64,000 nucleotides of DNA from Candidatus Poribacteria bacterium (GCA_965242965.1 OZ251518.1:3840001-3904000); one strand, 5' to 3'. Counted from the first letter of the stretch, positions 38,743 through 48,855 are shown. The notes: a model not told the origin generated them from the letters alone. A program made the numbers and translations.

Positions 38743-39942
38743 TTACGGCGAGAGCAATTCCAGCAACTGCGACAGCGTGGTTTTCACCTGTGCGCTCCCC
38801 TCAACTTTTTGATAGTATTCGTAGAGTTTCGCCTCCAATTGGTAAACCGAAGCAGTAGCATGAATCTGCTTGCGCAGCGGTTCCCGTTTGAGAAGCAGCA
38901 CGAGATGGAGCCGGTTGTTCGCGTCGCTCACCTCCCCGTTAGTGAGGAGTGTGGTAACGCGATTGGCTAACGTTTTTGCCAATCGGTTCGCGGCGTAAAT
39001 CTCAAGCGTGTCAATAGCGGCTTGCTTCGGTTCTTTGCCGAGTTCACCTGTGAGGATGTCTATCAACGCATCGACAGCGGCGGCATCCCGATGTTTTTCG
39101 AGAGCTTTCACTAAGTCCGTGACGACTTCCTCATCGCTATCTTTTAGCCCAGCGATGAGGCTTTTCGGCGGCACATCGCTGAGGTTCACCATCGCCTTCG
39201 CGGCGGCACGCCGAACGACGACATCGCTATCGCCTAACCCCGCGAGGATGGCATCCTGATAAGCAACCTCGCCGAGTTGATAGAGCGTCGTGTTAATCTC
39301 CATCGTCAACCCGGCTTCCATCGTCGTTTGTTGCAGGGATTTGAGCGCAGCCACCGCCTGTTCATCGCCGATGTCTGCGATGACGCGGACTAGTTTCGTC
39401 TTGACAGGTGCCGGTGTTGTCTCCGCAGCGAGTGTCTCCAGAATCATGTCGAGCCCCTCGCTGCCTATCTCGACCAGCATCGCGGTGAAGTTTTCGTGGA
39501 GGCTCGGGTATCTCCCTTTCACGAGACTTTCCAGCATCAGCGCGACTGCCGGTGTGCCTTTGTCGACAAGCACCTGCAAACCGGCGATTCGGATGCGCGA
39601 CGGCTGTCTAAGCGTCTCCAAGATGGACTTCATTTCCGCGTCGGTGAGTGCCGCTATCCGTTGCGCGCGTTGATTTTTGTATTTCGCCTCAACGCCGTGG
39701 CTGCGCGCGCTTTTATCGGCGAGCCCGTGCGAATAAGCGAGCAGCAGGAGCGCGCGCGGCTCCACCTTATTTACTTCTTCTTCCTCCGCCTTTTCGAGAT
39801 GTTTCACTGCTTCCAGCGCGAGGCCGCTGTCGACCAGTTTGCTTTTGCCTACGGATAGATTGCTTGGGCCCTTCTGCTTCGTCTCACAGCCAAAACATAC
39901 CATCAGTAGTGCAATTATTGGGATGATGACAAATTTTTTCAT
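38743..39942 (-). CDS. HEAT repeat lipoprotein, tandem paralog of 36866-38056
   Basis: Lipobox CFGC; shared blocks GLALEAV.HL..AE.EE.NKVEPRALL and MEINT.LY.LG...YQD.I.AGL.DSDV.VRRAAAKAMV. Confidence 0.8.
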   Translation of the reverse strand: MKKFVIIPIIALLMVCFGCETKQKGPSNLSVGKSKLVDSGLALEAVKHLEKAEEEEVNKVEPRALLLLAYSHGLADKSARSHGVEAKYKNQRAQRIAALTDAEMKSILETLRQPSRIRIAGLQVLVDKGTPAVALMLESLVKGRYPSLHENFTAMLVEIGSEGLDMILETLAAETTPAPVKTKLVRVIADIGDEQAVAALKSLQQTTMEAGLTMEINTTLYQLGEVAYQDAILAGLGDSDVVVRRAAAKAMVNLSDVPPKSLIAGLKDSDEEVVTDLVKALEKHRDAAAVDALIDILTGELGKEPKQAAIDTLEIYAANRLAKTLANRVTTLLTNGEVSDANNRLHLVLLLKREPLRKQIHATASVYQLEAKLYEYYQKVEGSAQVKTTLSQLLELLSP

Positions 39943-39968
39943 TCAGTCCTATTTTCCTCCTCAGGATA

Positions 39969-40018
39969 GTCTGGTGTGCATGGCCAAAAAACTGTCTGGT
40001 GTGTATGGCCAAAAAACT
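39969..40018. repeat. Tandem 25-bp direct repeat upstream of the HEAT gene
   Basis: GTCTGGTGTGCATGGCCAAAAAACT / GTCTGGTGTGTATGGCCAAAAAACT. Confidence 0.85.
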
Positions 40019-40072
40019 TTTTGGATAGCATAGCATAACGTGAAAAAAATTGCAAAAAAAGAGGGTTGGGTT

Positions 40073-40780
40073 ACTGAACTGAGGGTGTTTCCTAACTCCG
40101 TTTCGGTATTTATCTTGCCTTGGCGGGAGGGTGAATACCGGCAGGCATCGGGCCTACCTCTGTAGTTTGTGATCGCCTAATCACAACCGGGTCAGGAGCA
40201 GGCGCTCCTGAACTACAGGGCCTGGCGCGAAAACGATGGCGAGGGACAGGCCCTCGCCCTACGATGAAGGGGAGGCGTTTTTTTTCGTAGCGCGGGGGCC
40301 TGTCCCCTGCGATGGTTGGAGTGCGCGAGCAATGGCGAGGGACAGGCCCTCGCCCTACGGTGAAGGGGGCGGCGTTTTTTTCACCGTAGCGCGGGGGCCT
40401 GTCCCCCGCGAGCGTTGGAGTGCGCGAGCAATGGCGAGGGACAGGCCCTCGCCCTACGGTGAGGGGGTGGCGTTTTTTCACCGTAGCGCGGGGGCCTGTC
40501 CCCCGCGTTGGCCATCGTCAAGCGGTGGCGTTTTAGGGCCTTTAGGACCTAAGAGACGTTTTTTATCGTAGCGCGGGGCCCTCGGATGCCACACGCGCAT
40601 CCGAGAGGGTTTCCCCCGCGAGCGTCGGAGTGCGCGTGCGATGGCGAGGGACAGGCCCTCGCCCTACGGGGAAGGCGGCGTTCTTTCGCGTGCTAGATGG
40701 CGAGGGACAGGCCCTCGCCCTACGGTGAGGGGGCGGCGTTTTTTCACCGTAGCGCGGGGCTGTCCCCGCGTCGCGCGCTG
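40073..40780 (+). repeat. Composite REP-like cluster starting ACTGAACTGAGGGTGTTTC
   Basis: Alternating GGCGAGGGACAGGCCCTCGCCCTAC and GTAGCGCGGGGGCCTGTCCCCCGCG units in inverted pairs. Confidence 0.9.
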
Positions 40781-40786
40781 CCATCA

Positions 40787-42262
40787 CTAAATCAACCAGA
40801 CCTGCTCCTCACCATGATGCATCGCCGCCTGCTGGCGCGTGTCAACCATCCATTGCTGCGGCAGGATAATCTCTGGCACCCCAGTGTGGAAATACCTATC
40901 CGTGAGATGCCAAAACTGCAGCCGCGGCACCCGAGTCTTCCCCAACGTCAAGAACCCTTCCCGCGCCGCCTGCACTCGCATCCCCTCGGTAGGGACCGTG
41001 AGCGTGACGAAAATACCCAAGTCTGCACCCTGGTCACGCATCGCCGTGCGGAAATCGCGCAGCATCCCCCGATGCAGATTCTTACCCGATTTCACTTCCA
41101 CTAAAATGTGCGTATACTGCTCAACGCCGTCCTTGACATGCGTCAGCACGCTGCCACGGCCATCAAACCCATCGTCACCCGTTTTCCGCGTGACAGCAAT
41201 CTTCGGCAGCAATCCAATCACCCATGTCTCAAATCCGAATCTATCTATCTCGGCGAGTTTTATCGCGTCTTGTAGACTCTGCGGATACCCATGCACCTCA
41301 TAGTCAACCCCGCGCGTGAACGTCTCCGGATGCCGTTGCTGCATCCGGCGGAGAATCGGTTCAATCGCCAAAATCGTTTTATCTATCCCAATCCACCGGC
41401 GGCCTAAGCCGTGCGCCGCGTCAAGCGTTGTCCCGCACCCACAGAACGGATCTAACACCACATCGCCGGGCACTGAGGAAGCATGGAGAAGCAGTTCCAA
41501 CAACCTTATCGGTTTCTGCGTCTCATACCCCAACTTTTCTTTCCCGCCTGTCAACATCGGAATCTGAAGCACGTTATCCCGCAGTTTTTCCGTGCTGACT
41601 ACGTATTCTACCTGTCCCTGCGCGTCTCGCACCGTCACCTTTTTCCCATCCACCTTCTTAATGCGAGGATACTTTTTCGGCACGTCCCGCGCTTCATATT
41701 GCGGCTGGAAGGTATAGTCGTCAGACTTCGTATAGAAGAGCAGCGTATCTGTCGCCGCTTGCCAAACACGCTTGCGGCTGTCTCGCAACTTATTAGTATA
41801 ATGCCAAATCACCTCGTTGCGGAAGTTGTCATATCCGAAAATGTTGTCCACGATCACCTTCAGATAATGCGACATCTTCGCATCGCAGTGCAGATAGAAA
41901 CTGCCTGTCTCCTTGAGGACGCGATGGATATGACACAGGCGCGGTGCCATGAACGCCAGATACGCCATCTGCCGCGAGTCCCCCTGAATTCGCCAAAAGG
42001 ATTCTAAGAGTTGGGCTGTTTCAGGATAGTCCTGTGCCAGTTCGTCTTGGAGGTAGCGATAGTCTCGTTCTGCGGCTTCTCCCCATTTCCATGTATCGGT
42101 ATACGCCTGCGTTTGCGTCTGGCTGCGTGTGCCTTTTGCATGCAAGAAGACGTTGTAGTCGCGTCCGGTGCCGAAGGGTGGGTCGGCGTAACAATAATCG
42201 ACGGTGTTGTCGGACATGTCTTGCATGACGCTGAGGTTGTCGCCGAAGTAGAGGTGGTTCAT
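40787..42262 (-). CDS. Beta-class DNA methyltransferase fused to a C-terminal Mrr-like nuclease domain
   Basis: YFGDNL, YADPPF, GYETQKP and VLDPFCGCGTT; C-terminal FETWV...DDGFDG...LVEVKSG...DLGIFVT. Confidence 0.88.
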   Translation of the reverse strand: MNHLYFGDNLSVMQDMSDNTVDYCYADPPFGTGRDYNVFLHAKGTRSQTQTQAYTDTWKWGEAAERDYRYLQDELAQDYPETAQLLESFWRIQGDSRQMAYLAFMAPRLCHIHRVLKETGSFYLHCDAKMSHYLKVIVDNIFGYDNFRNEVIWHYTNKLRDSRKRVWQAATDTLLFYTKSDDYTFQPQYEARDVPKKYPRIKKVDGKKVTVRDAQGQVEYVVSTEKLRDNVLQIPMLTGGKEKLGYETQKPIRLLELLLHASSVPGDVVLDPFCGCGTTLDAAHGLGRRWIGIDKTILAIEPILRRMQQRHPETFTRGVDYEVHGYPQSLQDAIKLAEIDRFGFETWVIGLLPKIAVTRKTGDDGFDGRGSVLTHVKDGVEQYTHILVEVKSGKNLHRGMLRDFRTAMRDQGADLGIFVTLTVPTEGMRVQAAREGFLTLGKTRVPRLQFWHLTDRYFHTGVPEIILPQQWMVDTRQQAAMHHGEEQVWLI

Positions 42263-42428
42263 GGGTTAACACTCCTTCTGTAGAAAAATATCCGCCGCGC
42301 AAAAATATGCGTTGATGGCGATTTTTCCCTTGTCAAGGATACCGGTGGAATCCGGCGATTCCAACCGAGAGAGAGAACCATCAGGAGACAGCTAAGTGTG
42401 TTGATGATGTTTTTAAGCATGGAGACCT

Positions 42429-43940
42429 CTATTCGATTTTTCCGCTGGGCTCTACTGAATAAACTGTTCTACCATCTGTTTCGCTTTTGAAGAGCACAGG
42501 CAAATCAAGTTCCCGGAAGGTGACAATGTACGGGATGCCTCCATGTCTCCGAACCTGTCTACTGAGAGGTTTCCACATATTTTCTGACCTGTAAACGTGT
42601 GCAGGATGAGAAGTTTGAAACATGAGGTAGAGGTGGTCACAATGGTTTCCCACGTTCTTTTGATCAAGTTCTGTGAGGAGCACTGCGTTTTTTGGCAAAG
42701 AGGTCTCTACAAAATTCGCTGTTTCGGCTAGCGTCTTATCGTTGACATTTTTGTTAGTAATCCACCATGCGTCATGGACTTCTAGGAGGAATAAAATCCC
42801 TAACAACACCCGCCAAGTTTTGCGAATCCTACGTCGCCCTTTTGTTTCGTTAGCATATTTTGCTGGGCGCGTCGTTCGCGCAGCAAAGTCGCCAAATATT
42901 AAGAGGAAAGCAGGCATGCCAATAATTGTTGCACTGGGTGTCTTAGTGATGGCGAGCATAAAAGGAATAAGCACGCCGAAACCCCAAGCATACAATAGAC
43001 AGATGCCGAGATGTCTTTTTTCCCATAGATGCCGGAGATTCCAACACACCGCTATGAGCACTGGGAAAGTGAGCATGTTAAAGATATCGGCACTGTAGAG
43101 AAAAATCTTATACCAAGGGGCTCCCCATGTCTCAATATCCTCTATGAGATGTCTAAAAATGTGCCCGTGTTCTATTTTGAACTCAATAGGATACTGAATA
43201 GCGGTATAAAGCATCCAGGGGCCTGCGACGAGTGCTGTCACAGCCAACATCGCTAAGATATGTTGTCCACGAAGATGACAGTCTTCTTTTTCTGCTAACC
43301 CAAGTCGCGGTGCTCCCCAGGCGGCTAGGGCAACGCCTGCGACAATAAACGCGGGATAAGTTTTTGAGAGAAACGCGAGTCCCTGGCCGATGCCCGCCAG
43401 GAAAACGAAACGCCACTGTCCTGTCTTTACCGCACGAACGATGCCGTAAATGCCGAGTTCACAGTAAAACAAGAGGGAGATGTCAATTGCGTCGCTAAAT
43501 TGGTATCCTTGCGTTAAACGCATGATGAACCACGAAAACGCCTGAAACACTGCGGCGATGCACGCGGCTCGGCGCGTCAACAGCTGCATTCCAATCAGAT
43601 AAGTCAACCAAACGGCGAAGGTGCTGAGGATGGCACTAGGGAGCCGGAGCGCGAAAGGCGTAACGCCCAACAGCCAATAAAAGAATGCACTTTGCCATAG
43701 TGGAAGGATAGGTTTATGAAGCCAGATATGGTTCTCACTCCATAAAGCCTCTTTGTAAAAACTGTAGGGGACATCAATAAGTGTCGGCTTCAACGGATGT
43801 TTCAGCAGGTTTTTGGCAACAAGCGCGTGACAGCATTCGTCAATGCTACCAAAACGGCGATGCCCAAGATGGTTGAGTTTCAGGCCAAAGGAGAGCAGCA
43901 ACACGGCGGCAAGGAATAGAAACAGATAGCTTTTTTTCAT
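42429..43940 (-). CDS. ArnT/PMT-like (GT-C fold) membrane glycosyltransferase
   Basis: DE motif (SIDECCH), WLHKPILPLW, ALRLPSA and LAFLSK; many TM helices. Confidence 0.8.
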   Translation of the reverse strand: MKKSYLFLFLAAVLLLSFGLKLNHLGHRRFGSIDECCHALVAKNLLKHPLKPTLIDVPYSFYKEALWSENHIWLHKPILPLWQSAFFYWLLGVTPFALRLPSAILSTFAVWLTYLIGMQLLTRRAACIAAVFQAFSWFIMRLTQGYQFSDAIDISLLFYCELGIYGIVRAVKTGQWRFVFLAGIGQGLAFLSKTYPAFIVAGVALAAWGAPRLGLAEKEDCHLRGQHILAMLAVTALVAGPWMLYTAIQYPIEFKIEHGHIFRHLIEDIETWGAPWYKIFLYSADIFNMLTFPVLIAVCWNLRHLWEKRHLGICLLYAWGFGVLIPFMLAITKTPSATIIGMPAFLLIFGDFAARTTRPAKYANETKGRRRIRKTWRVLLGILFLLEVHDAWWITNKNVNDKTLAETANFVETSLPKNAVLLTELDQKNVGNHCDHLYLMFQTSHPAHVYRSENMWKPLSRQVRRHGGIPYIVTFRELDLPVLFKSETDGRTVYSVEPSGKIE

Positions 43941-44027
43941 GCGAATTCACGCAACAGATGTGGTATGGGTACTGGCAAACACGAGCAGCCTACCCTTGTA
44001 GGAGGTTCACAAGGACAACCGTGCTGC

Positions 44028-44070
44028 CTCACAGCTGCAAAAGATTTCACAACTCTCTTGCAGCTGTGAG
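44028..44070. terminator. Stem-loop downstream of 44102-45370
   Basis: CTCACAGCTGCAA...TTGCAGCTGTGAG, a 13-bp perfect stem with no clear U tract. Confidence 0.45.
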
Positions 44071-44101
44071 TGACAGTGTAGCCGAATTGTCGGTGTCAAA
44101 C

Positions 44102-45370
44102 CTATTTCTTCTCAGTTTGACCGCTTTGAAGCCGCGTTTCAATCTGCGATGCAAGTGCCGGATCTGTTTCCTTGAGCCGCTGAAGTCCTTCTTGGGGACC
44201 ATAACGATTCAAAAGGGATATTGCGCGATTGAAACGTTCTGGTGAGAGTTGCTCGCGAAGACCGGTTTCAAGACTCTCGGCGGTTGGCAATGCCAGTTCT
44301 ATCCCGCTAAGCTTTCCGATCTCTTCCAAGGCGGGTGGCTGGAAACCCTCTGGGTCTAGCGATACTTTCATCTCCCCCGGAACAGGTGTCTCGTGGGGGC
44401 TATCCCACGTATGCATCGGCTGTTGACTGGGCGTGACAGGCGGCGGTGGTTCCACTTGGATGGATGCCTGCTCAGACAAAAGCGATGCCTGTGCATCATC
44501 AAGGGAACTGCTGAAGAACTCTTGCAGTGTTAACGAATCATCGGATAAAAGGTCAAGTCCTTGGAAGAGACTTTCGTAGTGATCCTCAACACGTTGCGGA
44601 ATGGTGCGCCAATTTTCAATCACCGACCCATGCGGCGGATTCACTGGGGCCAATGCTTCCTCATAACGTTGAGTGACGACATCCCATTCAGCCGGCGCGT
44701 TTTCTTCCATCCACGACAGCAGCACTTGGATGGGTTCAGTCTGACGGAGGACTTCGTGGCGTTCCGTATTCCACTGAACCATCGCGTGTATCTCTTGGAG
44801 GTATTCCTGCTCCAAGTCGGATAGACCGAATAATTTTTCCTTCAATTCATAGTAACGAACTGCATCTTCTGGACTCTGATAACCTTTGTCGGTCCCTGGA
44901 ATTGCGTTAAGCTGCAAGTGTCCGGCAAGATGGAAGAATTCTGTCCAGTCCGGATCCCCGTCCCCCAGTTCTCTGGCGATAGTATGCAGCTTCGCGTCAG
45001 CAAGGACGGGATCCGTGTCTTTCAATGCGAGGGCCGGTTCAAAAGCATCCACCATGGCCTGATAGGTGAGGCGGCGCGAGTCTGTTTTGCTCCCTGGGTC
45101 CGCTCCTTGTCCCGCCGGTTCGCCTTTCGCCGTAGTGCTCTCAGCCTGCCGGTTTGCCTCAACCACTGGCTGTGCGTTTGGCACCGTGTCGCTGCGGGAG
45201 GTATTGTGTGGATGCGGGTGCGGATGCGAATGTGGCTCTGTTTGGTTATTCCCTAGCACGCCAAAAAAAACAAGCACTATCAGTGTCAGAAAAGCCACGC
45301 CGACAAGTGCCAAAAACGCCAGCGCAAAAAACGTAATCCGGTTTAATTGAATCGACTTCGTCAGTTTCAT
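44102..45370 (-). CDS. Membrane-anchored hypothetical protein with a conserved C-terminal helical module
   Basis: N-terminal TM, His-Pro repeat PHSHPHPHPH, and a C-terminal module shared with 48856-50208. Confidence 0.7.
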   Translation of the reverse strand: MKLTKSIQLNRITFFALAFLALVGVAFLTLIVLVFFGVLGNNQTEPHSHPHPHPHNTSRSDTVPNAQPVVEANRQAESTTAKGEPAGQGADPGSKTDSRRLTYQAMVDAFEPALALKDTDPVLADAKLHTIARELGDGDPDWTEFFHLAGHLQLNAIPGTDKGYQSPEDAVRYYELKEKLFGLSDLEQEYLQEIHAMVQWNTERHEVLRQTEPIQVLLSWMEENAPAEWDVVTQRYEEALAPVNPPHGSVIENWRTIPQRVEDHYESLFQGLDLLSDDSLTLQEFFSSSLDDAQASLLSEQASIQVEPPPPVTPSQQPMHTWDSPHETPVPGEMKVSLDPEGFQPPALEEIGKLSGIELALPTAESLETGLREQLSPERFNRAISLLNRYGPQEGLQRLKETDPALASQIETRLQSGQTEKK

Positions 45371-45523
45371 TGCGTTCTACTCCTCTTGTGTTATCGGTTC
45401 GTCTCGTAGGTTACCTGCTTTGTGAGTGGCCCTCATCTTAAAAGAGAGGCGTGGCTGGCGCGCCGATGCACGCCAGCCCGTCAGAATGAGAAACCATTCT
45501 GAACAAAGGGGTTAGCGTGTCCC

Positions 45524-45874
45524 TCACCAGAATTTGAGTTTCTCGACGAGACTCCCAACATCCCTGAGCGTTTGCGAGAGGCGCTCCGATAGGGAATGTT
45601 CGTGCTCCACCTCGTACGTGTACGAATAGGTTTCCTCGACGGTTACATCTTCAAAGTTCCCGCCCGTTAGAACCATTTGGTACACGCCATCAACACATTT
45701 CCGCTCAAAAGTTCCTTTCCAAAGCCGCTTAACCACCTGCCTCGTGCCACTCGCAGTCACGTACTGCGAATGAGATACAACTGGAGTGGGGATTGAGACG
45801 AACAACAGCCCAACAATAAACATTATTGCAAGGGCGGTTGCAATGCTTGTTAGAAAACTATTAGGTTTCCTCAT
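45524..45874 (-). CDS. Small exported or membrane hypothetical protein
   Basis: AGGAG RBS, hydrophobic N-terminus and a Cys in a beta-rich body. Confidence 0.55.
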   Translation of the reverse strand: MRKPNSFLTSIATALAIMFIVGLLFVSIPTPVVSHSQYVTASGTRQVVKRLWKGTFERKCVDGVYQMVLTGGNFEDVTVEETYSYTYEVEHEHSLSERLSQTLRDVGSLVEKLKFW

Positions 45875-46160
45875 TATATACTCCTGTTTGTCGCTCCCCA
45901 AAGGGAGCCGGGATTCATTGATGAAGGAGAAAAATCAACGGGCGCAATCAAACAGGAAAGCGGATTGCCCTTCTTGCGCCGCACCCCGCCTTAAGCGGTG
46001 TGCTGTTCGCGCCGAAGGGATGCGCAATATCGGCAGGCGATTCGCCCGGTTCGATCGCGCCACTGCTGGGCGCAACATTGACTCTTCTCCTCTCAATGTG
46101 CAGGAGATGTGTCTAATGATAACACATCCACTGCATGAAATCAACAAATAAACACGAGTG

Positions 46161-46197
46161 GTATCTCTCCGTTTTTGTTTCCAAACACGGCAGATAC
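46161..46197. promoter_or_regulatory. Conserved hairpin motif, copy 1
   Basis: GTATCT-CT-CCGTTTTT-GTTTCC-AAACACGG-C-AGATAC; homolog at 47135-47170. Confidence 0.55.
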
Positions 46198-46341
46198 TCC
46201 ATAACGGCCTGAGCACCGCTATGCCTGATTTGCCGCCGCTGCGAACGCGCCGTGCCCTCAGTGAGCCACCGACTTAGCGTCTATGACGCAGGACAGCCGG
46301 CGGCGAAAAGGACAGAACTACCCGCCATCGCGCGACAAACA

Positions 46342-46839
46342 TTAACGAACTGGCACCACGCTACAATCGTAGAGCCAGACGCTGATAGACCACACCGATT
46401 CAATCTTTCCTTCAAGCGTCACTGTTTTACCGAGCATGCGGTTCAATTGCGCTGCCGTGAATTCGGTGTTGAGTTCGCACCTCACGGTTTTGTCACCTAA
46501 GGTTATCTCAACGGTATCAGCGACAATCCGCTCGTAATTCGTCACATCTGTCACACGGCCTGTCACTCGGGCCGTCCGGTTGAGATACTTCTGCCGCGCC
46601 TGATTTTTATCACGGCGGACTTCCGAAAAGATAGACAGGGATGACGCATTGATGAGCACTGCCCCATCGGGTGCTTCTCGCGTGATGCGGCAGGAATCAA
46701 TCACATATTCATCGCCGAACGTCATCTCGTCAAGTTCGACAGTTTCGCCGGGGCTCATTGTCGTAACAGTGTCCCAGCATCCGGTGGTGAATGCGATGGC
46801 GAGCAGTAGCATGCCTGTCAAAATGCATTTCATAAGCAT
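46342..46839 (-). CDS. Lipoprotein with a tRNA_anti-like OB fold
   Basis: Lipobox-like FTTGC; KYLNRTARVTGRV...VRCEL...GKTVTLEGKI...LYDCSV. Confidence 0.7.
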   Translation of the reverse strand: MLMKCILTGMLLLAIAFTTGCWDTVTTMSPGETVELDEMTFGDEYVIDSCRITREAPDGAVLINASSLSIFSEVRRDKNQARQKYLNRTARVTGRVTDVTNYERIVADTVEITLGDKTVRCELNTEFTAAQLNRMLGKTVTLEGKIESVWSISVWLYDCSVVPVR

Positions 46840-47134
46840 TTTCCTTTATTAGGACAGCGGAAAAACTAACCTTGTGCGTTAAGCATCCCTATGCAGCCTC
46901 AGGCCAAGAGGTAATTCTTACATGCCGAGTCGGGTGCCCGATGCGTTGTTTCGTCTCGTGTCGCCTCGCCGAGTTCGTTTTTCGGCTCGCTAGTGCTGAG
47001 CGAATCAGCGTGTCAGCGTCGCGGACACCTCGGAATATCAGAAAACATCTGGCTGAAGCACATTCGGCGTGCGCAACCACAGGCTGAATTTTCCCTTTTC
47101 GATTAAACAACTCTTCAACTAAACAACAATAGTC

Positions 47135-47170
47135 GTATCTACCCGTTTTGTTGCCAAAAACGGAAGATAC
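47135..47170. promoter_or_regulatory. Conserved hairpin motif, copy 2
   Basis: GTATCT-AC-CCGTTTT-GTTGCC-AAAAACGG-A-AGATAC. Confidence 0.55.
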
Positions 47171-47193
47171 CGCGTAGCGGACTGAAGTAGCGG

Positions 47194-47778
47194 CTAGGAC
47201 TTCTTCGTCGGCGGTAAGAAGTCAGGGAGGACCTCGGCAAGCCGCTTCCGTATCTTTGTCTTCCGCGACTTCACCGTGTTCTCCGGAATGCCGAGCATCT
47301 CCCCTATCTCTGCCGACGTGTAACGCTGCCCCCACAACTCAATCACGGCTACATATTTGGGACCCAGTTCCTCAATGATGTCCATCACCGCGTCATCGCT
47401 GAACTCATCCGGCAGGCCCCGGCGCGCTTCCCTGTCAACAGCGGCACGCCGGATGTCTGCGCCGAGTGCCATGGCCTCGTGGTGTTTCTTGGCTGCGCGC
47501 CCGAAATCGGCGCACTTGTTGCGCGCGACTTGCTTGAGCCACTTGTCCACCTTGCGGATAGCGGTGGCATCTTTGCGCACTTGCTTTACCAGCGCGAAGC
47601 AGATATCGCCAAAGACATCGTTTTCATCATCGCGGTTGGTGATGCCTTCGCCGTTGATGATGGCGCGGAGGAGTTTCTCATATTTTTCAATGAGTGCCTC
47701 CATCGCGTCATCATCGCCGTTCTGGATTTGCGCTAGCAAGACTTCGTCTGAGACTTCATTGAGGTTTTGAGTGTCCAT
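47194..47778 (-). CDS. ECF-type RNA polymerase sigma factor
   Basis: SDEVLL...GDDDAMEALIEKY, WLKQVARNKCAD (region 2) and YTSAEIGEMLGIPENTVKSR (region 4 HTH). Confidence 0.9.
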   Translation of the reverse strand: MDTQNLNEVSDEVLLAQIQNGDDDAMEALIEKYEKLLRAIINGEGITNRDDENDVFGDICFALVKQVRKDATAIRKVDKWLKQVARNKCADFGRAAKKHHEAMALGADIRRAAVDREARRGLPDEFSDDAVMDIIEELGPKYVAVIELWGQRYTSAEIGEMLGIPENTVKSRKTKIRKRLAEVLPDFLPPTKKS

Positions 47779-47785
47779 TTAATCC

Positions 47786-47931
47786 ACAAGACGTAAAAAA
47801 AGACCAAAACGGTCACGAATTTTTCAAAAAAGACCTTTTTTTTGCGAAAAACCGGTCCTTTTTTGCAAAAAATTGCGAAAAAAGTGTGAATATCTATATA
47901 ACAAGACGTAAAAAAAGACCAAAACGGTCAC
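47786..47931 (-). promoter_or_regulatory. Two identical 31-bp ECF-promoter-like sites upstream of the sigma gene
   Basis: ACAAGACGTAAAAAAAGACCAAAACGGTCAC at 47786-47816 and 47901-47931; the minus strand reads GTGACC-N17-CGTCT. Confidence 0.7.
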
Positions 47932-48002
47932 TCGGGGTGAAAAAAACGCGTTTTTTTGTAAGGACATGAGTTGATGGCTATATCTGTCCGCTCGCGCAAT
48001 GA

Positions 48003-48820
48003 AAACTGAACTGAGGGTGTTTCATAACTCGTTGAGGTGAGTTGCCGTTCGCGTGTAGAACCTGTTTTAACGCTTTCAACGGTTTGTAAAAAGGGTTTAG
48101 CGAAATGCCGAACGATTCCGTTTCCCCGGTAGGAGAGACCTCCTGGTCTCGATGCCCGTGGTAGGAGAGACCTCCTGGTCTCGCTGCCTGTCAGGTAGGA
48201 GTGCCCTCTGGTCTCGATGTTCCCGTAGCGCGGGGGCCTGTCCCCCGCGATCTCCATCGTCAAGAGATGGCGTTTTAGGTCCTTTAGGTCCTAAATGTCT
48301 ATAGCAGCACGTGTCGTTCCGTTTTCAAGGTCCTTTAGGTCCTTAATAAAACCCGCGCGGCCCTGGCAAAACCTATTAAGGCCCTAAAGGACCTTAGTGT
48401 TCTTCGCGGGCGCGCGTGCTATAGACATTCAGGTCCTACAGACCTGAAGAGAACAAGAGACGTTTTTTCCGTTCTCCTCTCTGTAGTTTGTGATCGCCTG
48501 ATCACAAACAGGTCAGGATCGGGTGCTCCTGACCTACAGGGCCTGGGCGCGCGGACGCTGGCGAGGGACAGGCCCTCGCCCTACGAGGAAGTGCCGTTTT
48601 TTCCCGTAGCGCGGGGGCCTGTCCCCCGCGATCGTTGGATTGCGCGAACGCATGGCGAGGGAAACCCGCTCGCATGCGCGTGGGGCATGCGAGGGCCCAA
48701 GCCCTACGATGAAGGGGGACTTTCTGCCGCCGCGCCCCCGGCAGGTGCGCCGCCCTATTGCATCGAGACCGGGAGGTCTCTCCTACTGGGGAATCGAGAC
48801 CAGGAGGTCTCTCCTACCGG
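48003..48820 (+). repeat. Composite REP-like cluster with the ACTGAACTGAGGGTGTTTC terminus and a CTATAG-type nested inverted block
   Basis: Several GTAG families plus TTAGGTCCTTTAGGTCCTAAATGTCTATAGCA...TGCTATAGACATTCAGGTCCTACAGACCTGAA (48275-48450). Confidence 0.9.
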
Positions 48821-48855
48821 CAGAGGTGAATGTTTAGTGATGAGTGAACCCCCTC

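Noticed and set aside
38229-38970. ORF-track ORFs over REP clusters (also 33900, 36144-36869, 40110-40787, 47928, 48591, 50460, 53589-54313, 55368)
   Set aside because: They are translations of GC-rich palindromes (ARGPVPR, GDRPPRY, RARACPS) without an RBS or domain signal.
45875-46340. Known riboswitch in the long leaders
   Set aside because: I could not recognise the consensus of c-di-GMP, TPP, cobalamin or SAM riboswitches by eye; an Infernal/Rfam search is needed.
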